64,000 nt of DNA from Heteronotia binoei. Lineage: Eukaryota. The stretch spans positions 17,112,001 through 17,176,000 of the forward strand of contig NC_083237.1 in NCBI RefSeq assembly GCF_032191835.1, in the 5' to 3' direction. The notes beneath the pieces were generated by a model. It saw only the letters and a list, made by a program, of their open reading frames with translations. It was not told the DNA's origin and searched no databases. Position numbers and translations under genes: made by a program. Below, in pieces: positions 50,045-63,800 of the stretch (position 1 is its first letter; every line of letters starts with the position of its first letter).

Positions 50045-53000
50045 CTGAAACCTATGTGCAATGGTTTCTAGTTCCCCAGAGTTACCCTGACACCTCACCG
50101 GGTCTTTCAATGCTGAGCAGAAGAGCAATGAAAGGCAGCCTTCAGTCCCCGTAAGTGAAGTGAATAAATACATTTATCAAATGCTATGGTAAATTACCTT
50201 CACTATGGCTGACTTTCCAAATAGATCAAGAAACCATGGTTTCCTTCAGCTCTGTTGCTCCCAAGGCCTCCCATCCTTTCTAAACCACATCTCTGTCTTC
50301 TGGCGTGTGTGACAATATTAGGAAGCAAAGAGAGGAGAAAGGCAGAGGAATTGCCTTCACCATATCCACCAAAACCTTTTTTAGTTTCTTAGGTGCTAGT
50401 GCCCTGATGTGGATAGCCCAGACCAGCTTGAACTCATCAGATCTCAAAAGCTGAGGGGCCAGCCTTGATTAGTATATTGGTGGGAGACCACAAAGAAAGC
50501 CTTGAGTCACCACAGAGAGAAGTCAAGGGCAAACTGCCTCTAAATGTCTCTTGCTTTGAAAACCCTGCAACAAAGGTGGCCAAACTATGGCTCTTTCACA
50601 CATATTGTGCGGCTCAAGGAGGAACTTTATTTAGGCTTACTCTGAAGTAAGCATGCTTAGTATTGGGACCTCAGTCAGCTTCTGAGTGCTGACCCATAGA
50701 TAGGCAACTGTTTCAGCCTTGTTTGAAATGGGGAAGGAGGGGGGAAATAGGCAGGCTTGCAAGCTCTTCTCCTCCATCACAGAGGTTGGCCAGAGACCTA
50801 AAGCAGGGACAGAGAACGCAAGAGCTCAGGGAACCACTACAAGGAGGGATGAGATTAAACAGGGAGGTGCAGGGTTCCCCCTTAGTTTCATAGTTCTAGT
50901 AGGAGTTGTGTTTGCTAGCCTTGGTATCAAGACAAAGAGAGATGCATAATGATGCAAACAGTGGTGTGATTTATACGAACAAAATAGGAGTCGATTGCAC
51001 CTTTAAGACCAACGTAGTTTTATTCAGAACGTAAGCTTTCGTGTGCTCTCTAAGCACAATTTATTGGATGAGGAATATGGTGAGTGTCTGTTTCCTTCTT
51101 TCTCTGCTGCCAAAAAATAATCCCCTAACTTTTCCCTGTGTTGGTTTTATGGGGACTGTTATTCCCAGCATTTGTTTTTTTTAAAGTTTCCTTCTAGCAT
51201 GGTCATGTTGTAAAGTGCATATATACATTTTTGTGCAAAGAAAGTATCAAGAGTTCTAATAAAGAGGTGTGTAATATTTGTTCAAGTCTTGCGGCTCTCA
51301 GACATCTGATGTTTATTCTATGTGACTCTTACGTTAAGCAAGCTTGGCCACCCCTGTCCTACAGGGTCACCACGAGACAGCTACAAGGTCCTACTGTACT
51401 CAGACTTGGATATTCTACTGCAGAGCAATACAACTGGCCTCTGGACCCGCCTTAACCAGGGTTTACTTAGTTCATCTGTAATGCTGTCATCAGATTAACA
51501 TACACCACAACTTCAAAAATCGCTCCAGAGCATCCATTCACATTCACACAGATAGCATGGTGTGAACACTCCTGACTTCCCCCATCCCATGCAAATCAAT
51601 ATCCCATGGGTTGAGTATAATCTTACCTTTGTGCTCTTCCCAGGTGTTCTCTGCTTTCAGTAATATGCTACGACTGTCGGATGGGGTCAAGAAAGCTTTT
51701 TGATGCAAGATGTCTTAAGGTCGGGAGAAGGATCACTGATCACCCTCAGTAATTTCCAAACTCAGAGGCACAAATGTAAGAATTAGCCATATCCCGAATC
51801 AGGTACCTTTCACCTTCCACAATTTTGAATGACAGCAGAACTCAAGCTGGAACTCAAGCTCAACCCAGTACTTACTTCCTGACGTCCCTCAAGTGGGGAT
51901 GCCACGGACTGAATTCATGATGTTCTCAATGCAAAACTGATACTCTACTTCTGAGGCATCTCTTTAGCTGCAATCACCAGACAATACCTATGCTGTCTAT
52001 CCTACGAGGTCTAAGGAGGTTGTTGCTGCTTGGAAAGACCTGTCTGTGGCAGCCTAAATATTAAGAGGTTGATTCCTCTGCTATAACAGCATTTCCTAGT
52101 TTTAAGACACCGAGGATGACCTGAAGACCCTCTGGAATTAAATACACACCCCAAAATTGATAGAAACTCTCTGACTTATTGATCTAGAGCGTGCTGCTTT
52201 CTTTCCCATGATTGGCGATCAGAGTCACTGCAAGGAGAGAGGGAAGCCACGAGGGCCTTTACCAAGGAGAACTTGACCTCTAGGGCTCAAAAAGCTAGAA
52301 ACCTAACCCGGACTCTAACCTAATCCTAACCCTACAGCAGACCAACAAAGCTATCCTTAAAACGGAGAGAAGAGCTGCTTTAGACTGAATCAGGAAAGTA
52401 TTTTCCAGTTTGACGGGCACCAGCCTCGCAGTAATTTAAGTGCATGACTGTTCTTATATTAAACATGCCCAGTGACCTTTGAGATATGTACAAAGCACAT
52501 ACATTGAATTCTAGCTTGCTTGCTACTTTAGTGTCTGTTTCTGCCAAATATGTTTCAAGCCTTCAGAGATGAGGGCCGGCACAGCCCGGCTATCTGCTAA
52601 GCTAACCACTCTCCACATTGGAAGACCAACAGCATGGTGAGTGGGTTTTTTTCACCATCTGATCACAAAAGGTTTGAAGATTCTAGAAGATAATAAAGAC
52701 TTCAGCTGTATTCCACAGGGACTGCTGTGCTCTCTTTGGATCTATTAAAAATTGTTGTTTGCTTCCTTCATGTCTTTGCATCTGAGGCATGTCATGGAAG
52801 GAAAACAAGAAAGGGATGGACACGGCTGATGAAATCCTGCAAAGTGACAGCAGTCTAACTTTGATTAGGGTGACTTGGCATAGGGTTGTGATGAAAATGG
52901 CACACAAGTTTGCTTTTCAGGTTATAAAACGATTTGCTTTTGGGGTCTTGAAATACATAAAGGTGGAGAAAGGCAGTCCCCTGTGCAAGCACCACTTGTT

Positions 53001-53275
53001 TCCGACTCTGAGGTGACGTCACATCAGACTTTTTGTGGGGTGATTTTGCCATTGTCTTCCCCAGTCATCTATATTTTACCCCCAGGAAGCTGGGTACTCA
53101 TTTTACCGACCTCAGAAGGATGGAAGGCTGAGTCAACCTTGAGCCGGCTACCTGAGCCCAGCTTCCGCCAGGATCGAACTCATGTTGTGAGCAGAGCTTG
53201 GACTGCAGTACAGCAGCTTACCACTCTGCACCATGAGGCTCCTCTTGAAATACATAGCAATGAATTTTTCATCCA

Positions 53276-56200
53276 ATGGTCATAGAAAGAGAGGTGACTG
53301 ACCTGGAGAAGCAGAGACGGTCAGCAAGGCACTCGCAGAAGACTCTCGGGGACGTGTTAGTTGAGCCCCGCTCTGAACATGGCAGCCCCGTTGCTGCCAG
53401 GGAGCGTGAGGGTCGAGAGGGAACAGGGCACCGGGCTGAGGATAAGGGAAATGCGCCCTCAGAAGGGACCTCTTCTTCGGTTGGTGAGCGGGAATCCTTT
53501 CACACCAAGGAACCATCCCTGGGCGGGGAGAGAGGGAGGGTCTTGGTAGTTGGTGATTCGATCCTTAGGCAAGTAGACAGCTTGGTGGCAAAACCACATA
53601 CTGACCGTATGGTGACTTGCCTGCCTGGTGCGACGGTAGTGGGCATTACGCGTGTAGTAGATAGGCTGATAGACAGTGCTGGGGAGGAGCCTGTGGTCGT
53701 GGTGCATGTTAGCACCAATGATGTGGGGAAATGCAGTCGTGAGGTCCTGGAGGAAAAATTTAGGCTGCTAGGTGGGAGACTTAAGGCCAGGACCTCCAAG
53801 GTAGCCTTCTCGGAAGTGCTACCTGTTCCACGTGCAGCGCTGGAGAGACAGGCACAAATTAGAAGTCGCAATGTGTGGGTGAGACGATGGTGCAAGGAGG
53901 AAGGGTTTAAGTTTGTTAGGCACTGGGATGTTTTCTGGAACAAGTGGGAGCTGTACAAAAAAGAGGGTCTCCACTTGTCCCTGGATGGAAGCAGGCTGCT
54001 GGTACTTAAAATCAAAAAGGTGGCAGAGCAGTTTTTAAACTAAATCTAGGGGGAAAGCCGACAGGAGATGAAATGTCTCTGGTTCTGGAAGACTCATCTC
54101 AAAGAGATAAACGGTTAGCTCTTACTTTTCTACCGGGTAATGGAACAGAGTTGTCCACTGAGATGATGACAAACAGAATGGACTGCCTGCCAGAGTCTCA
54201 AGGCGGCAGGAGGAAGGTGGCGGGCCTAGCTTGCCAAAAAATTATAGATGTTTGTACACAAATGCTAGAAGTCTTCAAAGTAAAATTGGTGAGTTGGAAT
54301 GTTTAGTGTTGAGAGAAAACATAGACATTGTGGGAATTTCAGAAACTTGATGGAATGAGGAGAATCAGTGGGACACGGTGATTCCTGGATATAAGTTATA
54401 CCAGAAGGATAGGGAGGGAAGGGTTGGAGGTGGGGTGGCTCTGTATGTCAGAGAGGGCATACGGTCCAGTAAGACTGAGTTCAGAGAATTGGACTCTCTT
54501 ATTAAAATGCTTTGGGTTGAAATAGAGGGCCCAAAAGGCAATTTAACTATGGGAGTTTGTTATCGCCCACCAAATCAAAAGACAGAGGACGACTATAATA
54601 TGATGGAAGGCTTAAAGATGGTGGCTAGATGAAAAAACTTTTAACTATCTGCAGATTGATTGGGTCAATATGTGTTCTGGTCGAGAGAAAGAGACTGAGT
54701 TTCTAGATGCTCTCAATGACTGTGCTATGGAGCAGATGGTCACAGAACCTACCAGGGGTGGGGCAATCCTGGATTTGGTCCTTAGTAATGCCCAAGACCT
54801 GGTGAGAGAAGTGAAAGTGATCACACCACTTGGGAGCAGTGACCATAACGTTATTGATTTCACTATTTGTATAAATAGGGAGTTGCCTCAAAAGACCAGC
54901 ACAACCACGTTTAACTTTAAAAGGGGTAAATTATCTGACATTAGGAGGCATATGAAGAGGAAACTGAAAGGAAAGGTAAATACAGTCAAAAACCTTGGGG
55001 AAGCTTGGAGGCTATTTAAAACTACAATCCTAGAAGCTCAGATAAAATATATACCACAAGTTAGGAAAGGTACAAACAGGTATAAGAGAAGGCCTGCATG
55101 GTTAACAAGCAAAGAAATGGAAGCTGTAAAAGGTAAGAAGGACTCCTTTAAGCGGTGGAAAGCTAGTCCAAATGAAATTAATAAAAGGGAACACAGGCAA
55201 TGGCAAATCAAATGCAAGACTGTGATCAGGCAGGCAGAAAGGGACTATGAGGAGCATATTGCAAAAAACATAAAGACCAACAATAAAAATTTCTTCAAAT
55301 GTATTAGTAGCAGGAAACCAGCCAGGGAGGCAGTGGGGCCCTTGGATAACTGAGCGGTCAAAGGATTACTGAAGGAGGATAGGGAAATGGCTGAGAAGCT
55401 AAATGAATTTTTTGCCTCCATCTTCACTGTGGAAGATGAGAAGTGTTTGCCCGCCCCAGCACCACTTCTATTGGAAGGGGTGTTGAAAGACCTGAGCCAG
55501 ATTGAGGTGACCAAGAGGAGGTCCTACAACTGATAGACAAATTAAAAACTAATAAGTCACCAGGTCCGGATGGCATACATCCGAGAGTTCTGAAAGAACT
55601 CAAAGTTGAACTTGTGGATCTTCTGACAAAAATACGTAATCTTTCACTGAAATCTGCCTCCGTTCCTGAGGACTGGAAGGTAGCAAATGTCACCCTCATC
55701 TTTAAAAAGGGTTCCAGAGGAGATGCGGGTAACTACAGGCCAGTCAGTCTGACTTCAATACCGGGAAAGTTGGTAGAAACCATTATCAAGGACAGAATGA
55801 GTAGGCACATTGATGAACACGACTTATTGAGGAAGACTCAGCATGGGTTCTGTAAGGAAGATCTTGCCTCACTAACCTGTTACATTACTTTGAGGGGGTG
55901 AACAAACATGTGGACAAAGGAGACCCGATAGATATTGTTTACCTTGACTTCCAGAAAGCTTTTGATAAAGTTCCTCATCAAAGGCTCCTTAGTAAGCTCG
56001 AGAGTCATAGAGTAAAAGGATAGGTCCTCTTGTAGATCAAAAACCGGCTAATTAATAGGAAGCAGAGAGTGAGTATAAATGGGCAGTCTTCACAGTGGAG
56101 GATGGTAAGCAGTGGAGTGCCGCAGGGCTCAGTACTGGGTCCCATGCTCTTTAACTTGTTCATAAATAATTTGGAGTTGAGAGTGAGCAGTGAAATGGCC

Positions 56201-56281
56201 AAGTTTGCGGATGACACTAAATTGTTCAGGGTGGTAAGAACCAGAGAGGATTGTGAGGAACTCCAAAGGGATCTGTTGATC
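53276..56281 (+). mobile_element. Large CR1 LINE: ORF1 with SGNH esterase, ORF2 endonuclease and RT (stops/frameshifts), 3'-truncated
   Basis: ORF1 VLVVGDS...HVSTND...EGLHL. APE motifs [49 protein letters not shown]. Confidence 0.92.
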
Positions 56282-56302
56282 CCTTTTAAACTCAAATGAT
56301 AA

Positions 56303-56788
56303 CCACATATATTGCACCCCCAAGGAAGCCTCCTGCCCAGCAACTGGAGGCAAGGTACATCTGACGCCACCTGTCCATGACAACAGGATACAGCAGAGGT
56401 TGACAGATGGCCAGGTAATGGTCATAGGCCATGATGGCCAGCAGAAAGCACTCAGCAGCACCAAAACACAAGTAGCCAAACAGCTGGGCAGCACAACGGG
56501 TGTAGGAGATGACTCCAATCCCAGCCAAGAGGTGAGCCAGCATCTGGGGCTCTGTGCTGGTGACGTAGCAGATCTCTAGGCTAGAGAGGTGCATGAGGAA
56601 GTAGTACATGGGTGATTGGAGGTATTGCTGGTATCAAACCATACTAGCAGGATGACCACCAGGTTTCCCATGATGGTGAGTGAGTAGGTGAGAAGGACCA
56701 CTACAAAGAGTAGAAGCTGAGTCTTTCGTTGACTAGAAAGTCCCACCAAGATGAATTCTGTGATTGCGGTGAGGTTCTTAATATCCAT
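56303..56788 (-). pseudogene. Truncated duplicate of OR2 (OR2')
   Basis: Near-identical to 34757-35237; net +5 frameshift near 56625-56632; 3' half missing at the CR1 junction. Confidence 0.92.
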
Positions 56789-59447
56789 TGTGGCCTTCTA
56801 CCTGTGGAAATAAGAACACCAGAGAGTGAATGTGGCATTTCTTGAGATTAGGTCTGGGTTTTTTTCAAAGGGACACTGTTTTGTCCCTGCCAAACTCAAG
56901 GAAGCACATAAGAAGCTCAACAAATTCAGCATTGTGATATCAGTCCCCAAAGTAGTCATACTCTATACATAAATCTCCATGAATCTAACAGGCAACGTTT
57001 TATAGTCATTTGATTGTCAGGCTGGGATCTTTGAGACCCAGGTTAGGGTCTCCCGACTGCCACAGAAGCTTGCTGGGTGACCTTGTGCCAAATCACTCAC
57101 TCACTCCATTTAAGTTGCCTCACAGGGTCCTTAAATGGTGGGCAGAAGAACAATGAAGGGCAGATTTCAGCCCCCATAAACAAACAAACAAAGATTTCTC
57201 AAAAGCCTGTCTAACCATCATTGACTTTCCAAATATACAAAGAAACCATAGTTTCCCTCAGCTCTGTTGCTCCCAGGGCAATCAATTCTTGCTAAATTCA
57301 ATCTGTCTTTTGGTATGCATCTAGTGCCTCTCCTCAAAACACCCTCCAAGTTTCAAAGCAATTGGTCCAGGCAGTCCAATACTATGAGCCCCAAAATAAG
57401 ATGCCCATATCCTTCATTATTTCTAGTGGAGGGAAGGCATTTAAACGGTGTGGGGTCCCATTAAATGTGATTGCCAGAACTCCCTTTGGAGTTCATTTAT
57501 GCTTGTCAGAACCTTGCTCCTGGCTCCACCCCCAATGTCTCCTGGCTCCACCCCCAAAGTCCTCAGATATTTCTTAAATTGGCAACCCTAGAACTGCAGC
57601 ATTCTGCACAAACTGAAGTTTCTGAGGGAAGTCCTGTAGAAAGTTCATTAAAGAAAAATCATCTCTACATTACTGTGGCTTCTGGATTCTGATATTATTT
57701 GGGGCTTCATCTGGGGCAGGAGCTCAGAGGAGCAGAGCTCTAGAACCTCTACATTTTATTGCACTCTTTCTTTCTGCCCCCCCCACCCCCACAAATACTT
57801 ATCCTACACAAATACTTGCTTCTGGGCTCCATTATTCAGCCCCCTGTGAGAATTTTGCTGAACTCTAAGATCTGACAAACTTTCTAATATCCCCCCCCCC
57901 CAAAAAAAAAAAATGGGAAAAGAACCAAAACACATCAAGCAGACAGATGGAAATCTTCCTCCTGCCACTGTGGCCACATAGGAGAAAGTCATTTGAAATG
58001 TATGATGGGAGTAAGTTTTATTATGACAATTCTAATTCCAGAAGCATTTTAAGGTAGATGTTGAGCTGATATAATTGAGTACACCTTCCAGTGATGTCAG
58101 GTGTGTGGCATGTGCAAGCCAGTTATGCAAGTGAGCTGTGCTAATGAACTCCAGCACCCCTTTTTCTACGAAATGATCCCTGGATGTTAATATAGGCAGG
58201 AGGAAAGGGTCCTTGTAAAGCTTTTCCAAACAGGACGACAGCCTTTCTTCTGCCTCTTTCTGCCAAACTCGGCATCTACTTCTGGAAACCCTGGCTGGAG
58301 GGGGGGGGGGGGGTGGAGGGAGTATGGTTGCTTGCCAACCTCCAGCTTTGAACACAAGGCACAGAAAGCAGTCACAAAAAGGTGAAAATACAAGATACCT
58401 GTGACAAAATTACTAAATATGTATAATAATAGCTTATAATCAGGGCTTTTTTTGTAGCAGGAACTCCTTTGCATATTAGGTTACATGAGATGAATATGTG
58501 AAATGTCCTTTTTTTTCTGCACTCCATTGTATCAATACAGATTTGGACAACACATGGTTATCATTTGAGTTTTAAAAGAATGCACAGTGTTCCAGCATCT
58601 CTCTTTTCCTCCCGTATATTATTCCAAAATGCAGTTCAACAAACAGCAGAACTTTTCCTTCTCCAGCAGGGGGCAGCAAATGAATGCAAAATACAAATGT
58701 CTTGCCACCACCCCAAACACTGCTTGCAATGTACCTTTCTTCCCTGTGGGGACACGATTCTGAAGGAAAGAATAAAGTTCGGAATAACTCCTGAATGAAT
58801 TCTGGATGAATTAAGGAAGTACAGCTGCATGATTTTTCTCTTCTAAAAATTACTTGAATGAGGAGAAATCACAGCTCCTCAAACACTCTCAGAGCAAAAT
58901 ATCTGTGGCCTATAGCAGGGGTGGCCAACAGTAGCTCTCCAGAAGTTTTTTGCCTACAACTCCCATCAGTCCCAGCCAGCATGGCTAATGGCTGGGGCTG
59001 ATGGGAGCTGTAGGCAAAAAGCATCCGGAGAGCTACCGTTGGCCACCCCTGGCCTATAGAATATTTCTTCATATAAGGGTTGCCTCAGTGAAGGGTTTCA
59101 TCAGGCAGGGTTGCCTCAGTGCTTAGTTCTCATGGCCCTTTCTGACACGCCCAGGGAAATGCTGATTGCCACTTTGGGGTGGGTCAGAAAGCAATTTTTC
59201 TCCAGGCCAGTAGGCCCGGGATCCTGGAGGGTTTTTTTTGTTTTTGTTTTTTGGTGTTGGACAAGATGACCCTGGAAGTCCCTCCCACCTCTATGATTCT
59301 ATGATTTTAAAAAGGAAATCTCACTGATATGTGAAATGTCACAATCATTTAATCGCTTCAGGATTCCACCTCATGATCCCCTTATTCTTCAATATATACG
59401 GACACCGATGTAGTCTTGTCGAAGCTCCCTTTTCCTCCAGCTAATAC

Positions 59448-60389
59448 TCATTTTTGTTTAAGCCTACCTCTTCGCAGTGCTCTGGCCACTGCCGCATGGA
59501 CATCCTTGTTCCTCAGGGTATATATGATAGGGTTGAGGAAAGGGGTGAACACCACATAAAACACGGCAATTTTCCTGTCACGGTCTGAAGAAGTCTCTGA
59601 TCGGGGAATCACGTACGTAGCAAAGAGTGTTCCATAGAATGAAGTGACTACTATGAGGTGGGAACCGCATGTGGAGAAGGCTTTGCGCAATCCAGTGGCT
59701 GAGCGTATTTGTAACACTGAATAAAGAATAAACCCATAGGAGGTCAGAACAATGCAAACTGGCACCAGAAGAACTGACCCTGCAACTACAGAAATAATGG
59801 CCTGACTGATGTGGGTGTCATCACAGGCAAGTTTCAAGACAAAGGGCATCTCACACATGAAGTGATCCATTTGGTTGGGACCACAATAGAAGTGACAAAA
59901 GGTGCACCCCACATATATTGAGGCACAAAAGAAGCCTGCTGCCCATGAACTGGATGCAAGTTGCGTCTGTTGCCACCTGTCCATGGCAACAGGATACAGC
60001 AGAGGCTGGCAAATGGCCAGGAAACGGTCATAGGCCATGATGCCCAACAGAAAGCATTCAGTAGCACCAACAGATAAGGCGACAAATATCTGGGCTGCAC
60101 AGCGGTTGTAGGAGATGACGCCATTCCCAGCCAGGAGGTGAGCCATCATCTGAGGCTCTGTGCTGGTGACGTAGAAGATCTCTAGGCCTGAGAGGTGTGT
60201 GAGGAAGTAGTACATGGGGGTTTGGAGGTGGGAGTCAAACTGTACCAGCAAGATGACCATTAGGTTCACCAGGATGGTAAGTGTGTAGGCAAGAAGGATC
60301 GCTACAAAGAATAGAAGCCGAGTCTTTCGTTGATTGGAGAAACCCACTAAGATGAATTCTGTGATTGAGGTGAGGTTCTCAGCATCCAT
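59448..60389 (-). CDS. Olfactory receptor OR4, intact, 313 aa
   Basis: MAYDRFLAIC, KAFSTCGSHL, PFLNPIIYTLRNKDV; paralog of OR3. Confidence 0.96.
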   Translation of the reverse strand: MDAENLTSITEFILVGFSNQRKTRLLFFVAILLAYTLTILVNLMVILLVQFDSHLQTPMYYFLTHLSGLEIFYVTSTEPQMMAHLLAGNGVISYNRCAAQIFVALSVGATECFLLGIMAYDRFLAICQPLLYPVAMDRWQQTQLASSSWAAGFFCASIYVGCTFCHFYCGPNQMDHFMCEMPFVLKLACDDTHISQAIISVVAGSVLLVPVCIVLTSYGFILYSVLQIRSATGLRKAFSTCGSHLIVVTSFYGTLFATYVIPRSETSSDRDRKIAVFYVVFTPFLNPIIYTLRNKDVHAAVARALRRGRLKQK

Positions 60390-60795
60390 CGTGGCCTCCT
60401 GCCTGCAGAAATAAGGGCAGCAGAGAGAGAAAGCCCCATTTCTTGAGATTAGGTCAGTTCTGGTTTTCAGACAGAATCATCCCCACCAAACTCCAGCAAG
60501 CACAAAAGAACCTGAACAAGATCAGCAGCGTTAGATTACTTCCCAAAGTAGTAAATCTCTCTACATGAATGTCCATGATTCTGAGAGGCAGCGTGGGATA
60601 GTAGCTTGAGTGTTAGGCTGGGATCTTTGAGACCCAGGGGCAGGTCTCCCCTCTGCCATGGAAGCTTGCTAGGTGAACTTGTACTAGTCATGCCCCCTCA
60701 GTCTGAATTACCTCACAGAGTCAGTCAGTCAGTCAAGGTTTATTGTGGCATTGAGCCATTTACAGAAATGTAAAATAATGGGAGCATATTAAGTA

Positions 60796-60848
<53 letters not shown>

Positions 60849-63800
60849 ATCTATCATCATCATCTATTTTCCATCGACAAAGATGGTGAGCGGTCTGGAG
60901 ACCAAGTCCTGTGAGGAAAGATTGACGGAGCTGGGCATGTTTAGCCTGGAGAGGAGGCTGCTGAGAGGTGATATGATCACCATCATCAAGTATTTGAAGG
61001 GCTGTCATATAGAGGATGGTGTGGAATTCTTTTCTGTGGCCCCAGAAGGTAGGACCAAAACCAGTGGGTTGAAATTAAATCAAAAGAGTTTCCAGCTCAA
61101 CATTAGGAAGAACTTCCTGATCGTTACAGCGATTCCTCAGCGGAACAGGCTTCCTCGGAAGGTGGTGGGCTCTCCTTCCTTGGAGGTTTTTAAACCGAGG
61201 CTAGATGGCCATCTGACAGCAATGAGGATCCTGTGAATTTAGGGGGAGGTATTTGTGAGTTTCCTTCATTGTGCAGGGGGTTGGACTAGATGACCCTGGA
61301 GGTCCCTTCTGACTCGATCTATCTGTCTGTCTGTCTGTCTATCTATCTATACACAAACACACACACATACATACATACGTACGTACGTACATGGGTCTCT
61401 TTTAAGGCTATCAATTACATTAAAACTATATTAAAAATCCAATTGAATAGGAGAGAAAAGATAAAACAATAACCCTAGTTATTATTACAGAATTAACCGA
61501 CTTTTCCTGATGCTGTAACAGGCTACCCAAAATTTTGCAACAGATCCAGTAGTAGACCAGTTTTCATCAGCCAATCATCGATCACAGCATTCCGAATCTA
61601 ACCTACCTACCATATCTCCTACAAGGGGTGTAATATATTTATCTCACACTATTTTGTATCAGTGACACCTATGTGCAATGGTTTCTAGTTCCCCAGAGTT
61701 ACCCTGACACCTCACCGGGTCTTTCAATGCTGAGCAGAAGAGCAATGAAAGGCAGCCTTCAGTCCCCGTAAGTGAAGTGAATAAATACATTTATCAAATG
61801 CTATGGTAAATTACCTTCACCATGGCTGACTTTCCAAATAGACCAAGAAACCATGGTTTCCTTCAGCTCTGTTGCTCCCAAGGCCTCCCATCCTTTCTAA
61901 ACCACATCTCTGTCTTCTGGCGTGTGTGACAATATTAGGAAGCAAAGGGAGGAGAAAGGCAGAGGAATTGCCTTAACCATATCCACCAAAACCTTTTTTA
62001 GTTTCTTAGGTGCTAGTGCCCTGATGTGGATAGCCCAGACCAGCTTGAACTCATCAGATCTCAAAAGCTGAGGGGCCAGCCTTGATTAGTATATTGGTGG
62101 GAGACCACAAAGAAAGCCTTGAGTCACCACAGAGAGAAGTCAAGGGCAAACTGCCTCTAAATGTCTCTTGCTTTGAAAACCCTGCAACAAAGGTGGCCAA
62201 ACTATGGCTCTTTCACACATATTGTGTGGCTCAAGGAGGAACTTAATTCAGGCTTACTCTGAAGTAAGCATGCTTAGTATTGGGACCTCAGTCAGCCTCT
62301 GAGTGCTGACCCATAGATAGGCAACTGTTTCAGCCTTGTTTGAAATGGGTAAGGAGGGGGGAAATAGGCAGGCTTGCAAGCTCTTCTCCTCCATCACAGA
62401 GGTTGGCCAGAGACCTAAAGCAGGGAAAGAGAACGCAAGAGCTGAGGGAGCCACTACAAGGAGGGATGAGATTAAAGAGGGAGGTGCAGGGTTCCCCCTT
62501 AGTTTCATAGTTCTAGTAGGAGTTGTGTTTGCTAGCCTTGGTATCAAGACAAAGAGAGATGCATAATGATGCAAACAGTGGTGTGATTTATACGAACAAA
62601 ATAGGAGTCGATTGCACTTTTAAGACCAACATAGTTTGATTCAGAACGTTAGCTTTCGTGTGCTCTCTAAGCACACTTCATCGGATGAGGAATATGGTGA
62701 GTGTGTGTTTCCTTCTTCCTCTGGTGCCAAAAAATAATCCCCTAACTTTTCCCTGTGTTGGTTTTATGGGGACTGTTATTCCCAGCATTTGTGTTTGTTT
62801 GTTTGTTTTTTTAAAAAAAGTTTCCTTCTAGCATGGTCATGTTGTAAAGTGCATATATATATTTTTGTGCAAAGAAAGTATCAAGAGTTCTAATAAAGAG
62901 GTGTGTTATATTTGTTCAAGTCTTGCGGCTCTCAGACATCTGATGTTTATTCTATATGACTCTTACGTTAAGCAAGTTTGTCCACCCCTGTCCTAAAGGG
63001 TCACCACAAGACAGCTACAAGGTCTTACTGTACTCAGACTTGGATATTCTACTGCAGAGCAATACAACTGGACTCTGGACCTGCCTTAACCAGGGTTTAC
63101 TTAGTTCATCTGTAATGCTGTCATCAGATTAACATACACCACAACTTCAAAAATCGCTCCAGAGCATCCATTCACATTCACACAGATAGCATGGTGTGAG
63201 CTCTCCCGACTTCCCCCATCCCATGCAAATCAATATCCCATGGGTTGAGCATAATCTTACCTTTGTGCTCTTCCCAGGTGTTCTCTGCTTTCAGTAATAT
63301 GCTACGGCTGTCGGATGGGATCAAGAAAGCATTTTGATGCAAGATGTCTTAAGGTCGGGAGAAGGATCACTGATCACCCTCAGTAATTTCCAAACTCAGA
63401 GGCACAAATGTAAGAATTAGCCATATCCCGAATCAGGTACCTCTCACCTTCCACAATTTTGAATGACAGCAGAACTCAAGCTCAACCCAGTACTTACTTC
63501 CTGACGTCCCTCAAGTGGGGATGCCACGGACTGAATTCAGGATGTTCTCAATGCAAAACTGATACTCTACCACTGAGGCATCTCTTTAGCTGCAATCGCC
63601 AGACAATACCTATGCTGTCTATCTTACAAGGTCTAAGGAGGTCGTTGCTGCTTGGAAAGACCTGTCTGTGGCAGCCTAAATATTAAGAGGTTGATTCCTC
63701 TGCTATAACAGCATTTCCTAGTTTTAAGACACCGAGCATGACCTGAAGACGCTCTGGAATTAAATACGCACCCCAAAATTGATAGAAACTCTCTGACTTA

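Larger units (their letters stand above)
34757..52378. repeat. Segmental duplication copy X (visible homologous extent)
   Basis: 34757-35770 matches 56303-57320; 43163-52378 matches 57317-64000. Confidence 0.9.

Noticed and set aside
52300-52335. Interstitial telomeric repeat or chromosome fusion relic (CCTAAC units)
   Set aside because: Only 3-4 degenerate units, copied with each OR unit; treated as part of the upstream cassette.
56129-56518. Chimeric OR/CR1 protein ORF
   Set aside because: Off-frame OR sequence read into antisense CR1 across a breakpoint; the locus has lost its promoter cassette.
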